Source: Candidatus Magasanikiibacteriota bacterium
GTDB lineage: Bacteria > Patescibacteriota > Patescibacteriia > Magasanikbacterales > 2-02-FULL-50-9b
DNA length: 62,031 bases
Assembly (NCBI GenBank): GCA_023246755.1
Contig: JAHFHU010000006.1
Location: 1-62,031 of the forward strand
Direction: 5' to 3'
Below the pieces are notes generated by a model that saw only the letters and a list, made by a program, of their open reading frames with translations, made no database searches and had not been told where the DNA came from. This document shows, piece by piece, positions 60,351 through 62,031 of this stretch (the stretch's first letter is position 1; every line of letters starts with the position of its first letter). The position numbers and the translations under genes are program-made.

Positions 60351-62031
60351 ATGAAACTACGAACACAAAACACGGAAATTCATCGTTCAAACGTACGAAA
60401 TGGTCTCATCGCCGTTGCGATTATCGCGCTTCTTGCGGCGGGATATAGTTACCCACACGTTTATAATAAGTTTTCTGATACGGTTCACGCAAAAATTGGT
60501 GTACCGCTCGGTCACATGGGTTCGGGCCCATTTCGTTTGGGGCTTGATTTACGGGGTGGTGCGTACCTCATGTACGATGTTGATACGTCGAGTGTGACGG
60601 ATTCTGAAAAAGCGTCGGCGGTTGAGGGCGCACGCGATGTCATTGAGCGTCGGGTGAATGCGTTTGGTGTTGGTGAGCCTGTTGTTCAGACAACAAAAGT
60701 TCGTGATACGTGGCGTGTTCTTGTCGAGTTGCCCGATGTGCATGATGTCAAGGCGGCAATTGACCAGATTGGCGCGACACCAATTTTAGAATTTCGTGAT
60801 AAAGCGGTCGGCGAAAATAAATTGACGCCGGATCAGGAAAAGCAAATTCTTGAACAGAATAAGAAAGCAGGGGAAAGCGCGCGTGTTGCTGTGCAGGATC
60901 TTAAAAAAGAACCTTCGTTTGAGGATTTTTTCAAGAAAAATAGTGGAAAAGATTTTGGTGATGTGAACCAAAAGGACGTGCCGGAGCTTTATCAATGGGC
61001 TGCGGGAGCAAAACAAGGAGCAATTTCAGATGTTGTTGATGCAAAACACGGTTATTTTATCGTTGAGCGTGGCGCGGAAAAGAAGAGTCCTGTTGCGCAG
61101 GCGCGTCATATTTTAATTTGTTGGAAGGGCGCGACGCAGTGTAATGGTACGATCTCAAAAGAGGACGCATTGCAAAAAGCAAAAAATTTGTTGTTGAAGG
61201 TGACGCCGCTGAATTTTGCTGATATCGCAAAAACAGATTCAACCGAGCCCGGAGCTGCACAAAGCGGCGGTGATCTCGGAGAAATTCGAGCGGGTCAACT
61301 CGTTAAGCCATTTGAAAACGTTTTATTTGGCATGAAAGTTGGGCAAATTACGGGGCCGGTTGAAACAGAATTTGGATATCACGTGATCTATAAAATCGCG
61401 GAACAACAAGAAAGTTCGTTTGCGCTTCGTGGGTTTGTATTTCCGAAAAAAACTGCGCAAGATTTTTTGCTCGGTGGAGAGTGGAAAGCGACGGGACTTT
61501 CAGGCAAACAACTCGAACGGGCAACGGTTGAATTTGATTCAAAAATCGGTGAACCCAATGTAACGCTTCAGTTTAACGCGGAAGGTAAACAATTATTTGC
61601 GGACATTACAAAGCGCAATGTCAATCAGCAAGTTGGAATTTTTCTCGATGGACAGGTGATTAGTCAGCCAACGGTTCGCGAACCTATTCTTGATGGACGC
61701 GCGGTTATTTCCGGCAATTTTACAATTGATGCGGCAAAAAAATTAGCAGAACGTTTAAATGCAGGTGCATTGCCATTGCCGATTAAATTAGTAAGTCAGA
61801 CAACGGTTGGTGCGACGCTTGGCGCGAAATCTTTGTCCGATAGTGCCCGCGCAGGCCTTATCGGCTTTGCGTTGGTTTTGGTTTTTCTCATCGCGTTATA
61901 TCGGTTGCCTGGCGTGCTTGCGGGGATTGCACTCGTTGTGTATTGCGCGATCGTTCTTGCGGTGTTCAAATTTATTCCGGTCACGTTGACGCTTGCGGGA
62001 ATCGCTGGTTTCATTCTTTCGATTGGAATGG
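60351..62031 (+). CDS. secD: Protein translocase subunit SecD with a parvulin (PpiC-type) PPIase domain inserted in the periplasmic P1 region; 3' end lies outside the window
   Basis: I translated this myself because it is absent from the ORF track; the frame is open to the window end. SecD signatures are RLGLDLRGGAYLMYDVD, ERRVNAFGVGEPVVQ, IGATPILEFR, VGIFLDGQVISQPTVREPILDGRAVISGNFT and LNAGALPLPI. The parvulin signature spans ARHILI...GGDLGEI...FGYHVIYK (about 61101-61394). Confidence 0.85.
   Translation, partial: MKLRTQNTEIHRSNVRNGLIAVAIIALLAAGYSYPHVYNKFSDTVHAKIGVPLGHMGSGPFRLGLDLRGGAYLMYDVDTSSVTDSEKASAVEGARDVIERRVNAFGVGEPVVQTTKVRDTWRVLVELPDVHDVKAAIDQIGATPILEFRDKAVGENKLTPDQEKQILEQNKKAGESARVAVQDLKKEPSFEDFFKKNSGKDFGDVNQKDVPELYQWAAGAKQGAISDVVDAKHGYFIVERGAEKKSPVAQARHILICWKGATQCNGTISKEDALQKAKNLLLKVTPLNFADIAKTDSTEPGAAQSGGDLGEIRAGQLVKPFENVLFGMKVGQITGPVETEFGYHVIYKIAEQQESSFALRGFVFPKKTAQDFLLGGEWKATGLSGKQLERATVEFDSKIGEPNVTLQFNAEGKQLFADITKRNVNQQVGIFLDGQVISQPTVREPILDGRAVISGNFTIDAAKKLAERLNAGALPLPIKLVSQTTVGATLGAKSLSDSARAGLIGFALVLVFLIALYRLPGVLAGIALVVYCAIVLAVFKFIPVTLTLAGIAGFILSIGM

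Overview
Family assignments below rest on motifs read from the six-frame translations. No database search was possible. The window is gene-dense, about 95% coding and mostly on the + strand. Overlapping start/stop codons, mostly Shine-Dalgarno-less starts and several trimmed-down enzymes suggest a small-genome bacterium of the Candidate Phyla Radiation/Patescibacteria type (inference). Gene order: (1) A cell-envelope glycan locus at 1-15.4 kb. It holds two O-antigen-ligase-like/TPR paralogs, GT4 and GT2 glycosyltransferases, a short UDP-sugar dehydrogenase, a UXS-type decarboxylase, a priming polyprenyl-phosphate sugar transferase, an S8 protease and a DsbA-like protein. (2) An FNR-like reductase and a GC-rich orphan gene. 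(3) A minimal Fe-S assembly operon: Rrf2 regulator, NifS, NifU, a hypothetical gene and a ferredoxin. (4) An AT-rich secreted orphan, then rsmI, metG, cvpA and tatD. (5) An F1Fo ATP synthase operon (atpZ-B-E-F-H-A-G | D-C) interrupted between atpG and atpD by an opposite-strand GC-rich lipoprotein gene. (6) An AT-rich orphan two-gene module on the minus strand. (7) A uridine-kinase-like gene, a UvrD-like helicase fused to a Cas4/AddB-type nuclease, an HExxH protein, a DUF721/DciA-like gene and proS. (8) mreBCD, PBP2, tRNA-Pro(CGG), an FtsI-like PBP, murC and a frameshifted murB. (9) An RDD protein, hpf and secA. (10) An AT-rich run of co-directional genes between secA and secD, almost all from nucleotide-, nucleoside- or ADP-ribose-acting families: cupin, a SEC-C relic, a degenerate Nudix, an NDT-like gene, NADAR, Maf, an alpha/beta hydrolase, a SAM methyltransferase, DUF1653, a MazG-like gene and an HD phosphohydrolase. 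(11) A 3'-truncated secD carrying an embedded parvulin PPIase domain. I saw no rRNA, CRISPR array, transposase or integrase. The strongest candidate for an undescribed system is the 55.1-60.3 kb nucleotide-centric cluster. Secondary leads are the secA 3'-end ghost, the SecD-parvulin fusion, the split atp operon, the GGA-dense noncoding spacer at 14.06-14.29 kb, the partial tRNA-Pro duplication and the orphan module at 33.3-35.5 kb.
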